Assembly (NCBI GenBank): GCA_964570465.1
Contig: CAZMYG010000003.1
Span: forward strand, 7,740-61,429
Direction of reading: 5' to 3'
DNA: 53,690 bases
DNA from: an uncultured Planctomycetales bacterium
Lineage (GTDB): Bacteria; Planctomycetota; UBA1135; CAZMYG01
Shown piece after piece: positions 9,992 to 20,384 of the stretch. Both the position numbers and the translations under genes were made by a program. Within the stretch, counting starts at the first letter, position 1; each line of letters opens with the position of its first letter. Under the pieces are notes generated by a model. It was not told the DNA's origin. It made no database searches and saw nothing but the letters and a program-made list of their open reading frames with translations.

Positions 9992-10777
9992 TTAGCGCCT
10001 GGGCTGCAAAATGGATTGCAAGGTGCCTGCCGAGAGATTGGCCTGGGCTTGCACCGCAATGCCCTGGCGGGAAAGAATTTCTAACTTAGTTTTCTCTGCA
10101 AGCTCTTGTGCGTAGTCAACATCTTCGATGCGCGAGCGAGCGGATTCCAAGGCCTGAACTCGATTCGATAAATTGTTGCTGATGAAATCCATGCGTTTGT
10201 CCGCAGTGCCCAATCTAGCTTCAGCTCGCGCGACGGTATCTCCCGCAGCGTCGAGCTTGTCTAGAGCGTCAGCATCTTCTGGATCGAATGCGTCTAGACT
10301 CAATCCCTCTGTCGAAATGTCAGACCCATTGACGAAGACCACGTCTCCGCTTTCGTCTCCCACTTGTAGTTCCAGGGAGTCTGTATTGTTCAGAAGCTGT
10401 CTGCCGTCAGGCCCCTTTTGATTGGAAATACTATCTATGTTCTCGAGCTCGGACTGGATCTGCTCTCGGATGATTTCTTTATCCGTTGCATTTGCTTGTT
10501 TGAATTGAAGGGTCAATTCCTTGACTTTTGAAATCGACTCGTGCGCCGCAGCCGTTCCGCTAGCAGCCGTGTCGATTACGCCACGCGCGCTGTCTGCATT
10601 GCGTAGCGCCTGAGAGAGGCCGCGCGATTGCACCTCAAGCCGATCGGCCTGAGCGAGCCCTGCAGGATCATCGGCAGTTTGTTTTTTGCCGGAAGCAAGG
10701 CGTTTTGTGTTTCCGAGAATGTTGTTTTGAATCGTGTTCAGATGTTGAAAACTGTTGTCGACCGGCGAAGTCCCCAT
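9992..10777 (-). CDS. fliC: Short flagellin-family protein
   Basis: N-terminal RLASGK..ADDPAGLA, central LQVG, C-terminal SARSRIEDVDYAQE...AQAN. ATG 10777 has a purine-rich RBS upstream. Confidence 0.85.
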   Translation of the reverse strand: MGTSPVDNSFQHLNTIQNNILGNTKRLASGKKQTADDPAGLAQADRLEVQSRGLSQALRNADSARGVIDTAASGTAAAHESISKVKELTLQFKQANATDKEIIREQIQSELENIDSISNQKGPDGRQLLNNTDSLELQVGDESGDVVFVNGSDISTEGLSLDAFDPEDADALDKLDAAGDTVARAEARLGTADKRMDFISNNLSNRVQALESARSRIEDVDYAQELAEKTKLEILSRQGIAVQAQANLSAGTLQSILQPRR

Positions 10778-10806
10778 ATTATTTCCCTTTCCCAATAGAT
10801 TAGTAT

Positions 10807-10846
10807 GAACAGGCCTTTATCGATCGTATAAAGGCCTGTTCTTTAG
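10807..10846 (-). promoter_or_regulatory. 14-bp inverted repeat overlapping a sigma28-like promoter upstream of flagellin
   Basis: GAACAGGCCTTTAT-N7-ATAAAGGCCTGTTC at 10807-10841. The minus strand reads TAAA-N17-ATCGATAA versus the consensus TAAA-N15-GCCGATAA, so the spacing is imperfect. Confidence 0.45.
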
Positions 10847-10872
10847 GGAAAAATAGGAAATCTCAAATAATT

Positions 10873-12420
10873 TTAGAGAGGAATATTCCCGTGCTTCTTG
10901 GGTGGGTTTGTGTCCCGCTTGCCCCGTAGAAGATTCAGTGCAGAGATCAATCGGGGCCGAGTTTCCGAAGGTTCAATCACATCGTCGACATAACCGCGAG
11001 CGGCTGCATCGTAGGGGTTATAGAACTTCTCTTTGTAATCGGCGATTCGCGCGGCTTCTTCTTTTTTGGCATCTTTTGCTGAACTGATTTCCTTGCGGAA
11101 AATCACTTTTGCCGCACCTTCAGCGCCCATCACGGCAATTTCAGCGCTGGGCCAAGCGAGATTCAAATCGGAACGAATATGTTTGCTGGCCATGACGCAA
11201 TAAGCGCCGCCGTAGGCTTTGCGAGTAATGATCGTGAGTTTAGGAACAGTGGCTTCGCAATAGGCATAGAGCAGCTTGGCGCCATGTCGAATGATTCCGT
11301 CATACTCCTGCGCGGTTCCGGGCAAGAAGCCGGGTACATCTTCAAAGGTGACAATCGGGATATTGAAACAATCACAGAATCGGACGAAGCGAGCCCCTTT
11401 GATCGAGGCATCGATGTCAAGACAGCCCGCTAAAATCGAAGGCTGATTGCCGACAATCCCAACCACCATGCCTCCCAATCTGGCGAAGCCGACCAAAATA
11501 TTGCGCGCCCAGCCGCCCTGCACTTCGAGGAATCGCCCGTCATCGACGATGAGCTTCACAACTTCCTTCATGTCATAGGGTTTATTGGATTCCGCCGGAA
11601 TAATCGAATTGAGCTTAGGATCGCGGCGATCTGGAGAATCCGTAGGTTCATTGCGGGGAGGATCTTCCGCGTTATTCGAAGGCAAATAACTCATCAAATC
11701 CCGGATTAACGCCGTACATTCCCGATCGTCTCTAGTAGAAAAGTGGGCAACCCCGCTCTTCATATTATGTACAGAGGCTCCACCAAGCTCTTCGCTCGTG
11801 ACTTCCTCATGCGTGACCGTCTTGAGAACGTCTGGGCCAGTGATGTGCATATAGGAAGTTTTTTCCACCATCACGATGAAATCGGTGATCGCTGGACTAT
11901 AAACAGCGCCACCTGCGCAAGGTCCCAGAATTGCGCTGATCTGAGGAACAACTCCCGATGCGAGAGTATTGCGTAGGAAAATGTCCGAATAGCCGCCTAG
12001 AGAAACGACGCCCTCTTGAATTCGCGCTCCACCGGAATCGTTGAGTCCGATAACGGGAGCGCCAACCTTCATGGCCTGATCGAGCACTTTGCAGATCTTG
12101 GCGGCATGAGTTTCCGAAAGAGAGCCCCCAAAAACAGTGAAGTCTTGGGAGTAGACAAACACCATGCGCCCGTCGATGGTTCCATATCCCGTGATCACGC
12201 CGTCGCCCAGGATTTTCTTCCCATCCATCCCAAAGTCGCGGCATTTGTGGGTGACGAACGGATCGTACTCCACAAAAGAGCCGTCATCGAGCAACAGCTC
12301 AATACGCTCGCGTGCAGTCAGTTTGCCTTTTTCATGTTGAGCGGCGACTCGTTCTGCACCGCCTCCGGCGCGGGACTGATCGCGCATCTTTCTTAATTTT
12401 TCAATACTCGATTCCGACAT
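10873..12420 (-). CDS. pccB: Propionyl/methylmalonyl-CoA carboxyltransferase beta subunit
   Basis: [39 protein letters not shown] and RKAYGGAY motifs; C-terminal KKHGNIPL. Confidence 0.95.
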   Translation of the reverse strand: MSESSIEKLRKMRDQSRAGGGAERVAAQHEKGKLTARERIELLLDDGSFVEYDPFVTHKCRDFGMDGKKILGDGVITGYGTIDGRMVFVYSQDFTVFGGSLSETHAAKICKVLDQAMKVGAPVIGLNDSGGARIQEGVVSLGGYSDIFLRNTLASGVVPQISAILGPCAGGAVYSPAITDFIVMVEKTSYMHITGPDVLKTVTHEEVTSEELGGASVHNMKSGVAHFSTRDDRECTALIRDLMSYLPSNNAEDPPRNEPTDSPDRRDPKLNSIIPAESNKPYDMKEVVKLIVDDGRFLEVQGGWARNILVGFARLGGMVVGIVGNQPSILAGCLDIDASIKGARFVRFCDCFNIPIVTFEDVPGFLPGTAQEYDGIIRHGAKLLYAYCEATVPKLTIITRKAYGGAYCVMASKHIRSDLNLAWPSAEIAVMGAEGAAKVIFRKEISSAKDAKKEEAARIADYKEKFYNPYDAAARGYVDDVIEPSETRPRLISALNLLRGKRDTNPPKKHGNIPL

Positions 12421-12833
12421 TAGCGGTTCTCCGGATGGTCTTCCACGACCTCGGTCAGCACTCCTCCAGTGGAAGAAGGGTGGAGGAAGGCAATTTTGGT
12501 TCCGTGTGCGCCCTTGCGAGGCTTCTCGTCAATCAGTTCGGTTCCGTCGGCTTTGAGGGTGGCCAAAGTTTTCACGATGTTGTCTACTTTATAAGCGATA
12601 TGGTGTATGCCAGGCCCGCGCTTTCCGATAAATTTTCCCACAGGTGTCTCGCGGTTTAGTGGCTCGAGTAATTCGATTTTTACATTGCCAGCATAGAAAA
12701 TCTTGACCCGCACCCCTTGCTCGGGCACGAGATCTTCTGGGCCTTCTCGAAGACCCAACACATTGCCGTACAGAGTTTTTGCAGTGGTTAAGTCTGTAAC
12801 AGCAATACCGATATGGTGGATTCCTTGAAACAT
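12420..12833 (-). CDS. mce: Methylmalonyl-CoA epimerase
   Basis: [22 protein letters not shown] and AFLHP...GGVLTE (VOC fold); pathway context; AAGGAGG RBS. Confidence 0.93.
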   Translation of the reverse strand: MFQGIHHIGIAVTDLTTAKTLYGNVLGLREGPEDLVPEQGVRVKIFYAGNVKIELLEPLNRETPVGKFIGKRGPGIHHIAYKVDNIVKTLATLKADGTELIDEKPRKGAHGTKIAFLHPSSTGGVLTEVVEDHPENR

Positions 12834-12866
12834 GGCTTCCTCCTTACTTGCTTTTGAAGGGGGAGG

Positions 12867-12875
12867 ATTCTACCA
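12867..12875 (-). promoter_or_regulatory. Extended -10 promoter element for mce-pccB
   Basis: Minus strand TGGTAGAAT (TGnTAnnnT) about 35 nt upstream of the mce ATG. Confidence 0.5.
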
Positions 12876-12885
12876 GAAGAATTGT

Positions 12886-15222
12886 TTAATAAACCCGGAT
12901 CACCACAGTTTGCTCACTCGTGCCGCCTTGGCCATCACGAACGAGGAAGACGATTTTGTGCACGCCTTGTTGGTTTCCAATATGCCAGCGAAATAAACGA
13001 CCGGGTCCATTTGGGTTTGGCAGTAGATAGGAACCAGCAGGCAAATCCCTAGCTCCATAGACCAAGTTATCTCCGTCTGGATCTTCTGCGCGGTAAGAGA
13101 ATTGAATCCACATATTGGCAGGCAAGGACATATCGGTAAGTACAAATCCCTGCGCTGGGTTTTGATTGAATCGAGGCGCCCGATTTTCTCCTGCAGGGGC
13201 AATAATCGTTGGAGCCTTCCTGTGAGCGAAGAGAGAGTGCTGTTGAACGACTCGGTCACGTCCGGAATCGTAATCACCATCACCCAATTGAACGATTTTA
13301 TTGTGAATCTCTCCGATGATTTGTGTGCGTTCGCTAGGCGGGCAAAACGGCCGTGCGAAATTGCCGGTCAGAAATTCATCCATTTCCTCATCCCCGTAGA
13401 GCGCATAACGATAAAGAAGCCCGCCTGCGAGAGTTTGGATCGCTAAGTTTCTAGTGCGTAACTGATTGTTGAAGCTACTTTGTTCTTCTTCATTGTTGCA
13501 GTTCAAAGGCAAAGAGTAGTTGCAGTCGAGATCGAGAGGGGGGTCGATGGTCTGGGAAAGCTCGGAAAAGCTATAGAACAGATCTCTAGTCTCAACGTAG
13601 CTCTCTCCAAAGGGCAGCAAAAGCGAATTATAGACATCGTCGGAATGTCCAAGCCCTACTCCCGGTTGGCTGCCTCCAATAAAAACCAATCCCGGTATTT
13701 CCAATCTTCCGTGAGCGGAGGCGAGAGTGAAACCATAACGTGCCGGTACATTCGCTGCCCGGATCATAGAACAAAGAAAACCGCTTGTGCTATGACAGCC
13801 AGAAAAGCTGACGTGATCATTGCCAGGCGCTGGAAATGGCAAGGACTCTGGAAGCGAATTGCCTAGATATCCATCGTCTGGGTCGTCGGGAAGATGATGT
13901 CGAAGGTGGGCACGAGCCCAATCGGTGATACCGACGACCGTGTCTTGTCTTGTCTCCTTCAAAATCCGAGCTTGTTTTAAAAAGTCGTAAAGGATTTGCG
14001 GATTCCATGGGGATGCCGAGTTCATGGCACCATTTGTTGCATCAGAATCGTCCGCATTAAACGAATAGAGCCCATTCACCGCAATTCTGGGAACGATGAA
14101 TCGAGAATCTAAAAAAAGCTTCCTTTGATTGGCAGCCATCGAGGCGAGTGGCGTGGCACAACTGTGATGTCGATCGAACCAAAGAGAATGAGCAACCCAG
14201 GCGAGGAAAATTTTCTTTGCGTCTTCTGCGGAAAAGCAGGGGTTTTGAATATAGACCCAGCCGAAGGGCGGTAAAAAGGTCCCGACGGTTTCTAATATGG
14301 TCGGAGGTCCATCGAGAGCCAGTCTTTGTCCCCGTTCTAGCAACAGAAGATTTGCTTTGAGCTGGGTTTTCATACTGGTGGGCCAGCAGTCATAACCCAA
14401 ATAGTCGATGGATCCTTCCCAGTTCATCTGCGAGCGAATCACTGGATTGGAAAGGTAAAGGGCTTCGATGGATTCAGGAGAAACGTAACTCAGCGTGGCT
14501 TCGAATAAATTGTTGGAGTTATCGATTTCCGGATCCGAGTTGTTCAGCAAAGTGCTTTGCGGCTGAAACTCAACCTTCACTGGAGTCGGAGAAAGAATCC
14601 ATAGGGGCAGAGTAATGGAATAACTTCCACCTCCAGGGGCAATTGCTGGAAGAACATATCCAAAGCGATTTGTCAGCATCCCGTTTTGCCATACTCGAAA
14701 GCCGGCAAAGAATGGAGGGTTGGGGAGATTACCTCGATTCGACAGAGTTACTCTAAGTCGATTCGTAGAGATCACACTCGCATCAAGTTCTAAATCGAAT
14801 CCGTTCGTTGGCACTGCGTCGAGCTGAGAAGACATGGTGTTTTGCAATTCATCTTCTTCGTCGATCTCGCGCAACGGATCGATGATGGCGAGTACGCGTC
14901 GGCTAGATCTCGAGACGCGCACGGTAGTGTTTAAAATTGTTTGCCCACCAACCGAGCGAAAAGACTGATCGAACAATTCTCCTAGCGCATAATCTCCAAC
15001 CTGTACGTGATCAACAAAGAGTTGAAGTCTTCCAGTATTCGCTGGCACAACTGCGCTGCCCTGATTTGAAAATGCGAGAATGATTTCGTTGTTTGAATCT
15101 AGAGTGAAATAGTCAATTTGCAGATCAGGTTTGGGTAGAGAAGAAGGATTGGGAATAATTAACGGAGCGACCGCGATGCTCCGAAGGATTGCAGCTCCCG
15201 CGAGTTGCGCCCAGCTGTCCAT
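12886..15222 (-). CDS. Hypothetical multidomain protein: CARDB-like Ig domains, transglutaminase-like core, C-terminal Ig-like domain
   Basis: PDLQI..SNQG..IDPLREIDEEDELQN and a second EIDNSNN repeat (CARDB-like); GCHSTSGFLCSMIRAANVPAR..AHG..HSDD; NRAPRF..AEDPDGDNLVY..VRDGQGG. Confidence 0.65.
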   Translation of the reverse strand: MDSWAQLAGAAILRSIAVAPLIIPNPSSLPKPDLQIDYFTLDSNNEIILAFSNQGSAVVPANTGRLQLFVDHVQVGDYALGELFDQSFRSVGGQTILNTTVRVSRSSRRVLAIIDPLREIDEEDELQNTMSSQLDAVPTNGFDLELDASVISTNRLRVTLSNRGNLPNPPFFAGFRVWQNGMLTNRFGYVLPAIAPGGGSYSITLPLWILSPTPVKVEFQPQSTLLNNSDPEIDNSNNLFEATLSYVSPESIEALYLSNPVIRSQMNWEGSIDYLGYDCWPTSMKTQLKANLLLLERGQRLALDGPPTILETVGTFLPPFGWVYIQNPCFSAEDAKKIFLAWVAHSLWFDRHHSCATPLASMAANQRKLFLDSRFIVPRIAVNGLYSFNADDSDATNGAMNSASPWNPQILYDFLKQARILKETRQDTVVGITDWARAHLRHHLPDDPDDGYLGNSLPESLPFPAPGNDHVSFSGCHSTSGFLCSMIRAANVPARYGFTLASAHGRLEIPGLVFIGGSQPGVGLGHSDDVYNSLLLPFGESYVETRDLFYSFSELSQTIDPPLDLDCNYSLPLNCNNEEEQSSFNNQLRTRNLAIQTLAGGLLYRYALYGDEEMDEFLTGNFARPFCPPSERTQIIGEIHNKIVQLGDGDYDSGRDRVVQQHSLFAHRKAPTIIAPAGENRAPRFNQNPAQGFVLTDMSLPANMWIQFSYRAEDPDGDNLVYGARDLPAGSYLLPNPNGPGRLFRWHIGNQQGVHKIVFLVRDGQGGTSEQTVVIRVY

Positions 15223-15256
15223 TCGGGCGCCGTTTTAATCCAGCGAAGCACCAAAA

Positions 15257-16828
15257 TCAAAACAACTTTCCTTCTGCTTGGTACTTTCCAAAGACTTTTT
15301 CTAGTCTGGCGCAAATCTCCCCAATGCTTGCATAGCTCTCTACGGATTCGAGAATCGCGGGTAGCAAATTCTCTTTTCCTTTTGCGGTGCTTTCTACTCG
15401 ATCGAGAGTTTTTGCTACTTTTTTGGCGTCTCTTTGTTTGCGTGTTTGATGCAGAGTCTTCAGTACTTCGGCGGCAGCTTTGGGATTTGGTTTAAAAATC
15501 TTCGGTGGCTGCTCTTCCATTTGGAATTGATTGACTCCGACGACAATCTTTTCTCCTTTTTCCATCTCGGTTTGAAAAGTAAGTGCACTCTTATGAATTT
15601 CTCTTTGAATGAAACCTGCTTCGATTGCGCGAACCGAGCCGCCTAGTTGATCAATTTCTTCAATGAGCGAACGGGCGCGTTTTTCGAGCTCGTCGGTCAA
15701 GCCTTCGATAAAAGGAGAGCCTCCTAGCGGATCAGCAGTTTTTGTGACGCCACTTTCATAGCCAAGTACTTGCTGTGTACGCAGTGCGAGACGTGCGGAA
15801 TCTTCGCTCGGTAAAGACAGAGCTTCATCGCGGCTGTTCGTGTGTAGAGATTGAGTACCTCCGAGTATGGCTGCGAGTGCTTGTATCGTTACGCGAACTA
15901 CATTGTTGTCAGGCTGCGCCGAAGTCAGAGTCGAACCCGCGGTTTGTGTGTGAAAGCGAAGTTTTTGAGCCTCGGGATCGCTGACAGAGAAACGCTCCTT
16001 CATGATTTTTGCCCAAAGACGTCGCGCAGCGCGGAATTTCGCCACTTCTTCAAAGAGTTCGTTGTGTGAGTTGAAGAAAAAAGAGAGTCGCGATCCGATT
16101 TCGTTGAGATCGAGCCCTCGACGTTTTGCGGCTTCGACATATGCGATTCCATTGGCGAGAGTGAAAGCGATTTCTTGAACGGCGGTGCAACCGGCTTCCC
16201 GCATGTGATAGCCGCTAATAGAAATCGGATTGTAATTGGGGGCTTCCTTTGCGCAGAAATCCATGATGTCGACGGTGAGTCGCATCGAGGCATCTGCTGG
16301 AAAGCGGAAATTACCCCGTGCTGCATATTCTTTCAGGATGTCGTTTTGTACTGTGCCGCGGATTTTTTCTTTAGGAACGCCTTGGCGTTTTGCGAGCGCC
16401 ACATACATGGCAAGCAGAATCGAAGCGGTCGCATTGATCGTCATCGAAGTCGAAACCCGGTCGAGTGGAATTCCTTCAAAGAGAATTTCCATATCGCGTA
16501 GCGAGTTGATTGGTACTCCGACTTTCCCCGCTTCTGCTTGCGCTAGCTCGTGGTCGGAGTCGTAGCCAATTTGCGTGGGCAAATCGAAAGCGACAGAAAG
16601 CCCGGTTTGTCCTTGCTCGAGCAGATAGCGAAATCGACGGTTGGTTTCTGCGGCAGAAGCAAATCCCGCATATTGGCGCATGGTCCAAAGTCGCCCGCGA
16701 TACATCGTCGGGTAAACGCCGCGAGTAAATGGGAACTCTCCCGGTGCAGGCAGATTCGAGCTTGAACCGTAATGTGCCTGAAGCGGGATACCGGAATTGG
16801 TCTCAAATTTGGGAGTTTTCTTTTCCAT
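15257..16828 (-). CDS. Methylmalonyl-CoA mutase, substrate-binding (N-terminal) subunit
   Basis: [50 protein letters not shown] and RFHTQT motifs; no B12-binding domain. ATG 16828 preferred because the ORF-track GTG lies inside the palindrome. Confidence 0.93.
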   Translation of the reverse strand: MEKKTPKFETNSGIPLQAHYGSSSNLPAPGEFPFTRGVYPTMYRGRLWTMRQYAGFASAAETNRRFRYLLEQGQTGLSVAFDLPTQIGYDSDHELAQAEAGKVGVPINSLRDMEILFEGIPLDRVSTSMTINATASILLAMYVALAKRQGVPKEKIRGTVQNDILKEYAARGNFRFPADASMRLTVDIMDFCAKEAPNYNPISISGYHMREAGCTAVQEIAFTLANGIAYVEAAKRRGLDLNEIGSRLSFFFNSHNELFEEVAKFRAARRLWAKIMKERFSVSDPEAQKLRFHTQTAGSTLTSAQPDNNVVRVTIQALAAILGGTQSLHTNSRDEALSLPSEDSARLALRTQQVLGYESGVTKTADPLGGSPFIEGLTDELEKRARSLIEEIDQLGGSVRAIEAGFIQREIHKSALTFQTEMEKGEKIVVGVNQFQMEEQPPKIFKPNPKAAAEVLKTLHQTRKQRDAKKVAKTLDRVESTAKGKENLLPAILESVESYASIGEICARLEKVFGKYQAEGKLF

Positions 16829-16857
16829 CGGGAAAATAATCCTAACGGATGTTTTCC

Positions 16858-16940
16858 AGAGGGACACTCGTTAGATTGTCGGATTCTCCAGTTCAGCAAC
16901 GCTGAACTGGAGAATCCGACAATCTAACGAGTGTCCCTCT
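16858..16940. repeat. Perfect palindrome (40-bp arms, 3-nt loop); copy 1 of a GGGACACTCGTTA hairpin family
   Basis: AGAGGGACACTCGTTAGATTGTCGGATTCTCCAGTTCAGC-AAC-exact reverse complement. Confidence 0.97.
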
Positions 16941-16947
16941 TAGGAGC

Positions 16948-19900
16948 GTGATCATGAATTCTTCTAATTCCTCTCGTGTTGTTTTTGTTCTGTTTGGATT
17001 GTTTGCGGCAGGCATTTTGCTTTGGACATTTTGGGAGTCTGAAGAGAGAGCTCCGCAGATTTCAGAGGCGGTGAAAACGGTTCAAGCGAGCACTACACAA
17101 GAGCCGGTAGCAAAAACGGAAACTACTCAGGCTGTTTCAGCAAACGAAGGGGCGATTAAATCTGATTCAACACGCCAGGAATACTCCGCAAGCTTTACTC
17201 AAAAAATTCGCGGACGACTCACTGTGATCGGAAAGTTTCCTTTGCCTCTAGCAGCAAAAATCACAGCAGAATCGACTGAAGACAAATCGCAATACTCCGC
17301 AAACGCAAACCCAGATGGCAGCTTCGAAATCGCTTTTCCCAAATTACCGAAGGAAGCAAAATTCACCATCGATTCGGACTATCACTACTTGGAAACGCCT
17401 TTCCTTGCCGCAGCGGATGAATCTGGTTCTTTCTCCGAACTAGTAATTCCTCTGAAGGTGGGAGGGAAGATCGAAGGCAAAGTCCGCCTACCCAACGGTT
17501 CCAACGCAGAGCATGTCCAAGTTTTACTAGGCCAAGTTTCAGAAGGAATGTGGATGGGAATGGGTGGCCAGAAAGCTCCTACGAAAAGAAAAGTAGAAAG
17601 CGATGCTCAAGGGAGTTTTGCGATTAAGGGAATTCCGATTGGGTCGAAGTATCTGCTGCGCTCAAGTCTTTCTGGTTACGCGCCCGTGCTTGCCAAGGAT
17701 ATTCATGTCGAAGCCCTTAAGACCGAACAATTCAATTGGCAGCTAGAGCCAGAATCATCCATTGCAGGATCTGTTCAAAACGAAAAAGGCGATGCGGTTC
17801 AGGGCGCAAAAGTTGTCATTGTGCCTTGGGGTGGATTTGGGGAATTCGCGGAACTGGGCGTTTTTCATGAAGAAATGAGAGCTGAAGTCATGACCGACTC
17901 CGCTGCTGACGGTTCCTTTCGTTTTGGATCTCTCGGTTCCGGACGTTTCAAAGTTATTGCGAACAAGACTGGTTTAAAAGAGCAGATGAGTGAAGTTATC
18001 ACGCTGAAGACAGGGGAAAGCGTGAACAATGTGAAGTTGGTACTTCATGCCGGGAATCAGATTCGAGGAATTGTTCTAGATAAAGCTGGGCAGCCGATTG
18101 CCAACGCTCGAGTTGCCGCGAGTCCAGATTATTACAGCGGTGGGGGAGTTCAGTTTCGATTTTCGTTATATGCAAGTGAATCACTGCCAGAAACAAATAC
18201 AGATCAGGAGGGGAAATTCATTTTAGAAGGATTTGCCGACGAACTTTTTGTGGTCAATGCGAGTTTAGAAGGAGTCGGGCAAGTCAGTAAGAATCGCGTG
18301 AAGCCAGGCGGTGGCGATTTAGAGCTGCGCCTGCTTCCCTACGGATCCATTTCCGGAACCGTACGAGTCGCTAGCCTCAACGCGCCGATCTCTAAATTCC
18401 AAGTCGAAACCTTTCGTCTTGAGCAGGGCATGATTCCCGTCGCTGTGAAGTCGGAGTTTTTTCAATCGAAGGATGGGCAATACGAGCTCAGCGGTTTGGT
18501 TCCAGGATCGTTAACTGTTGTTGCGAAGGCGGAAGGTTTCTGTGCAGTAAAACAAAAGATCGAAATTGAAGAAGGAAAAATAGCGACTTTGGATTTTTCT
18601 CTTCCGCTTGCCGCGGTCGTGCGCGGCCGCGTGTTAATGAATGGGAGTTTAGATCCCGTTGCAGGAGCGCAGATTTCTCCCAGTGGGGGCAATCCAGCAA
18701 CTTGGTGGTTAGATCGAATGGATACGAGCATTCCAAGAACGCAAACAGATGGAGAGGGGAATTTCAGTCTTTCAGGTTTGTCAGCGGGATCACACACCAT
18801 ACAGGTTGAACATCCTGAGTTTGCTACCGCGAAAGTGGGCCCGTTTGAGCTTGCTGCCGGCGATCTCAAAGATGGAGTTGAGATTCTCTTAAAAGGAGGC
18901 GGAGGCATTGAAGGAGTTTTCTATGCCGATGGAGGACAGCCGGTCTCTGGTGGAAATATCACGGTGTTCAATGTCCAGGCTGGAATGTTTAAGAACGCTC
19001 AAACAGATGTCGGCGGGCATTTTTCAATTCCGCGTGGTTTGGCGGAAGGGAAATACCAAGTGATGGGCGTGCCCGCACTTTCAGACGCTTCAGAAAAAGA
19101 CGAGATGCAAGAGTCGATGATGCAGGGGATGAAGATTGTTTTTGTCGACGTGAAGGATGGAGAAATTGTTCAGGCGATTCTTGGAGAAAAGAATGCGAGC
19201 GGTTGTCGTTTGCATGGGCGAGTGTTGGCAGGAGCAAGTCCTGTTTCGAATGCCTATATCTCGATTACTCCCAAAGCCAATGCGGAAGCAGAAAAACAAA
19301 CCGATCTCAAATTCACTTCTAGCGATAAAGAAGGGAAATACAGTTTAGAGAATCTCAAACCTGGGCATATCAGTCTGACGATTCAAAGAAATGACGGCAG
19401 TAGTGGAATGGGGAGTTCGATCACGGTCGAAACAGAAATCCCCGATCGCGCGGAATATCAATTCGATATTCAATTGCCTGGCGGATCGATTGCAGGCCGC
19501 ATTGTGGATGCAAAAACGGGTTTACCGATTGTCGATATTTCTGTGACTCTGAGCTTAACGCCTGGGTCCACGCCCTCAGGCAGTAAGGGCTCTCAATTTG
19601 GGCAATTAAAAACCGACGCGGAAGGTCGCTATCAATTTCGCGATCTCGCTCCGGGTAGTTATATGATCACAGCAGCGGGAGGAATTTTCTGGGGCAAGGA
19701 TTCCCGTGGCTACGGACGGATTGTGCGAGAAGCGAGCCTAGGCGGAGAGAATGCGATGGACGGAATTGATTTCTCTTTACGCCCCGGAGGAAAAATCGAA
19801 GGACGAATCACTTCTTCTGGAGCACCGTTGGCCGGAGCATCGGTATTTTTTCAAGATCGTTCCGGACAAACTTTGAACTCTTATTCCGATGTCGTCAGTG

Positions 19901-20349
19901 ATGCGAGTGGTAACTTTGTTTATGAAGGGTTGGCTTCTGGAGAATATGCGGTCATTGCGAAGGGGCCTGGCTATGCGCCTTCCCGTCGCGAAGCGGTTCT
20001 CGTTCAAGAAGCGCAAACCAGTTCGGTTGTTCTCGATTTGCAGATCGGAACACAAGTCACCATCAAACTTCTCAGCAATATCGATAGTAAGGTAATCGCA
20101 GGAGCCAGTGTTCAAGTCTTTGATGAGAAGGGCAGATCTTTGACGGGATTAGTTGGCTACTCCGAAATGATGGAGGCCTGGAGCGAGGGCATTCAAGCAG
20201 GTTCTTACCCAGTTGGTAGCCTCGCCCCAGGAAACTATCGAGTTATCATCTCACATCCAAGCTACAAAACTTTTGAGCAATTCGTAGAAATCTACAAACA
20301 AGAAACGCAAATGGTGACGTTAGAGCTCACTGGTTTGTCAGGCCAATGA
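16948..20349 (+). CDS. Membrane-anchored protein with multiple carboxypeptidase-regulatory-like (Cna-B-like) beta-sandwich repeats
   Basis: N-terminal TM helix; repeated I.G.V....G.P..GA.V ... TD..G.F...GL..G.Y.V units; AGGAG RBS at 16942. Confidence 0.85.
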   Translation: MIMNSSNSSRVVFVLFGLFAAGILLWTFWESEERAPQISEAVKTVQASTTQEPVAKTETTQAVSANEGAIKSDSTRQEYSASFTQKIRGRLTVIGKFPLPLAAKITAESTEDKSQYSANANPDGSFEIAFPKLPKEAKFTIDSDYHYLETPFLAAADESGSFSELVIPLKVGGKIEGKVRLPNGSNAEHVQVLLGQVSEGMWMGMGGQKAPTKRKVESDAQGSFAIKGIPIGSKYLLRSSLSGYAPVLAKDIHVEALKTEQFNWQLEPESSIAGSVQNEKGDAVQGAKVVIVPWGGFGEFAELGVFHEEMRAEVMTDSAADGSFRFGSLGSGRFKVIANKTGLKEQMSEVITLKTGESVNNVKLVLHAGNQIRGIVLDKAGQPIANARVAASPDYYSGGGVQFRFSLYASESLPETNTDQEGKFILEGFADELFVVNASLEGVGQVSKNRVKPGGGDLELRLLPYGSISGTVRVASLNAPISKFQVETFRLEQGMIPVAVKSEFFQSKDGQYELSGLVPGSLTVVAKAEGFCAVKQKIEIEEGKIATLDFSLPLAAVVRGRVLMNGSLDPVAGAQISPSGGNPATWWLDRMDTSIPRTQTDGEGNFSLSGLSAGSHTIQVEHPEFATAKVGPFELAAGDLKDGVEILLKGGGGIEGVFYADGGQPVSGGNITVFNVQAGMFKNAQTDVGGHFSIPRGLAEGKYQVMGVPALSDASEKDEMQESMMQGMKIVFVDVKDGEIVQAILGEKNASGCRLHGRVLAGASPVSNAYISITPKANAEAEKQTDLKFTSSDKEGKYSLENLKPGHISLTIQRNDGSSGMGSSITVETEIPDRAEYQFDIQLPGGSIAGRIVDAKTGLPIVDISVTLSLTPGSTPSGSKGSQFGQLKTDAEGRYQFRDLAPGSYMITAAGGIFWGKDSRGYGRIVREASLGGENAMDGIDFSLRPGGKIEGRITSSGAPLAGASVFFQDRSGQTLNSYSDVVSDASGNFVYEGLASGEYAVIAKGPGYAPSRREAVLVQEAQTSSVVLDLQIGTQVTIKLLSNIDSKVIAGASVQVFDEKGRSLTGLVGYSEMMEAWSEGIQAGSYPVGSLAPGNYRVIISHPSYKTFEQFVEIYKQETQMVTLELTGLSGQ

Positions 20350-20384
20350 ACTCTAGTTGAAGTAATCCATCGAAAGAAATAGAT

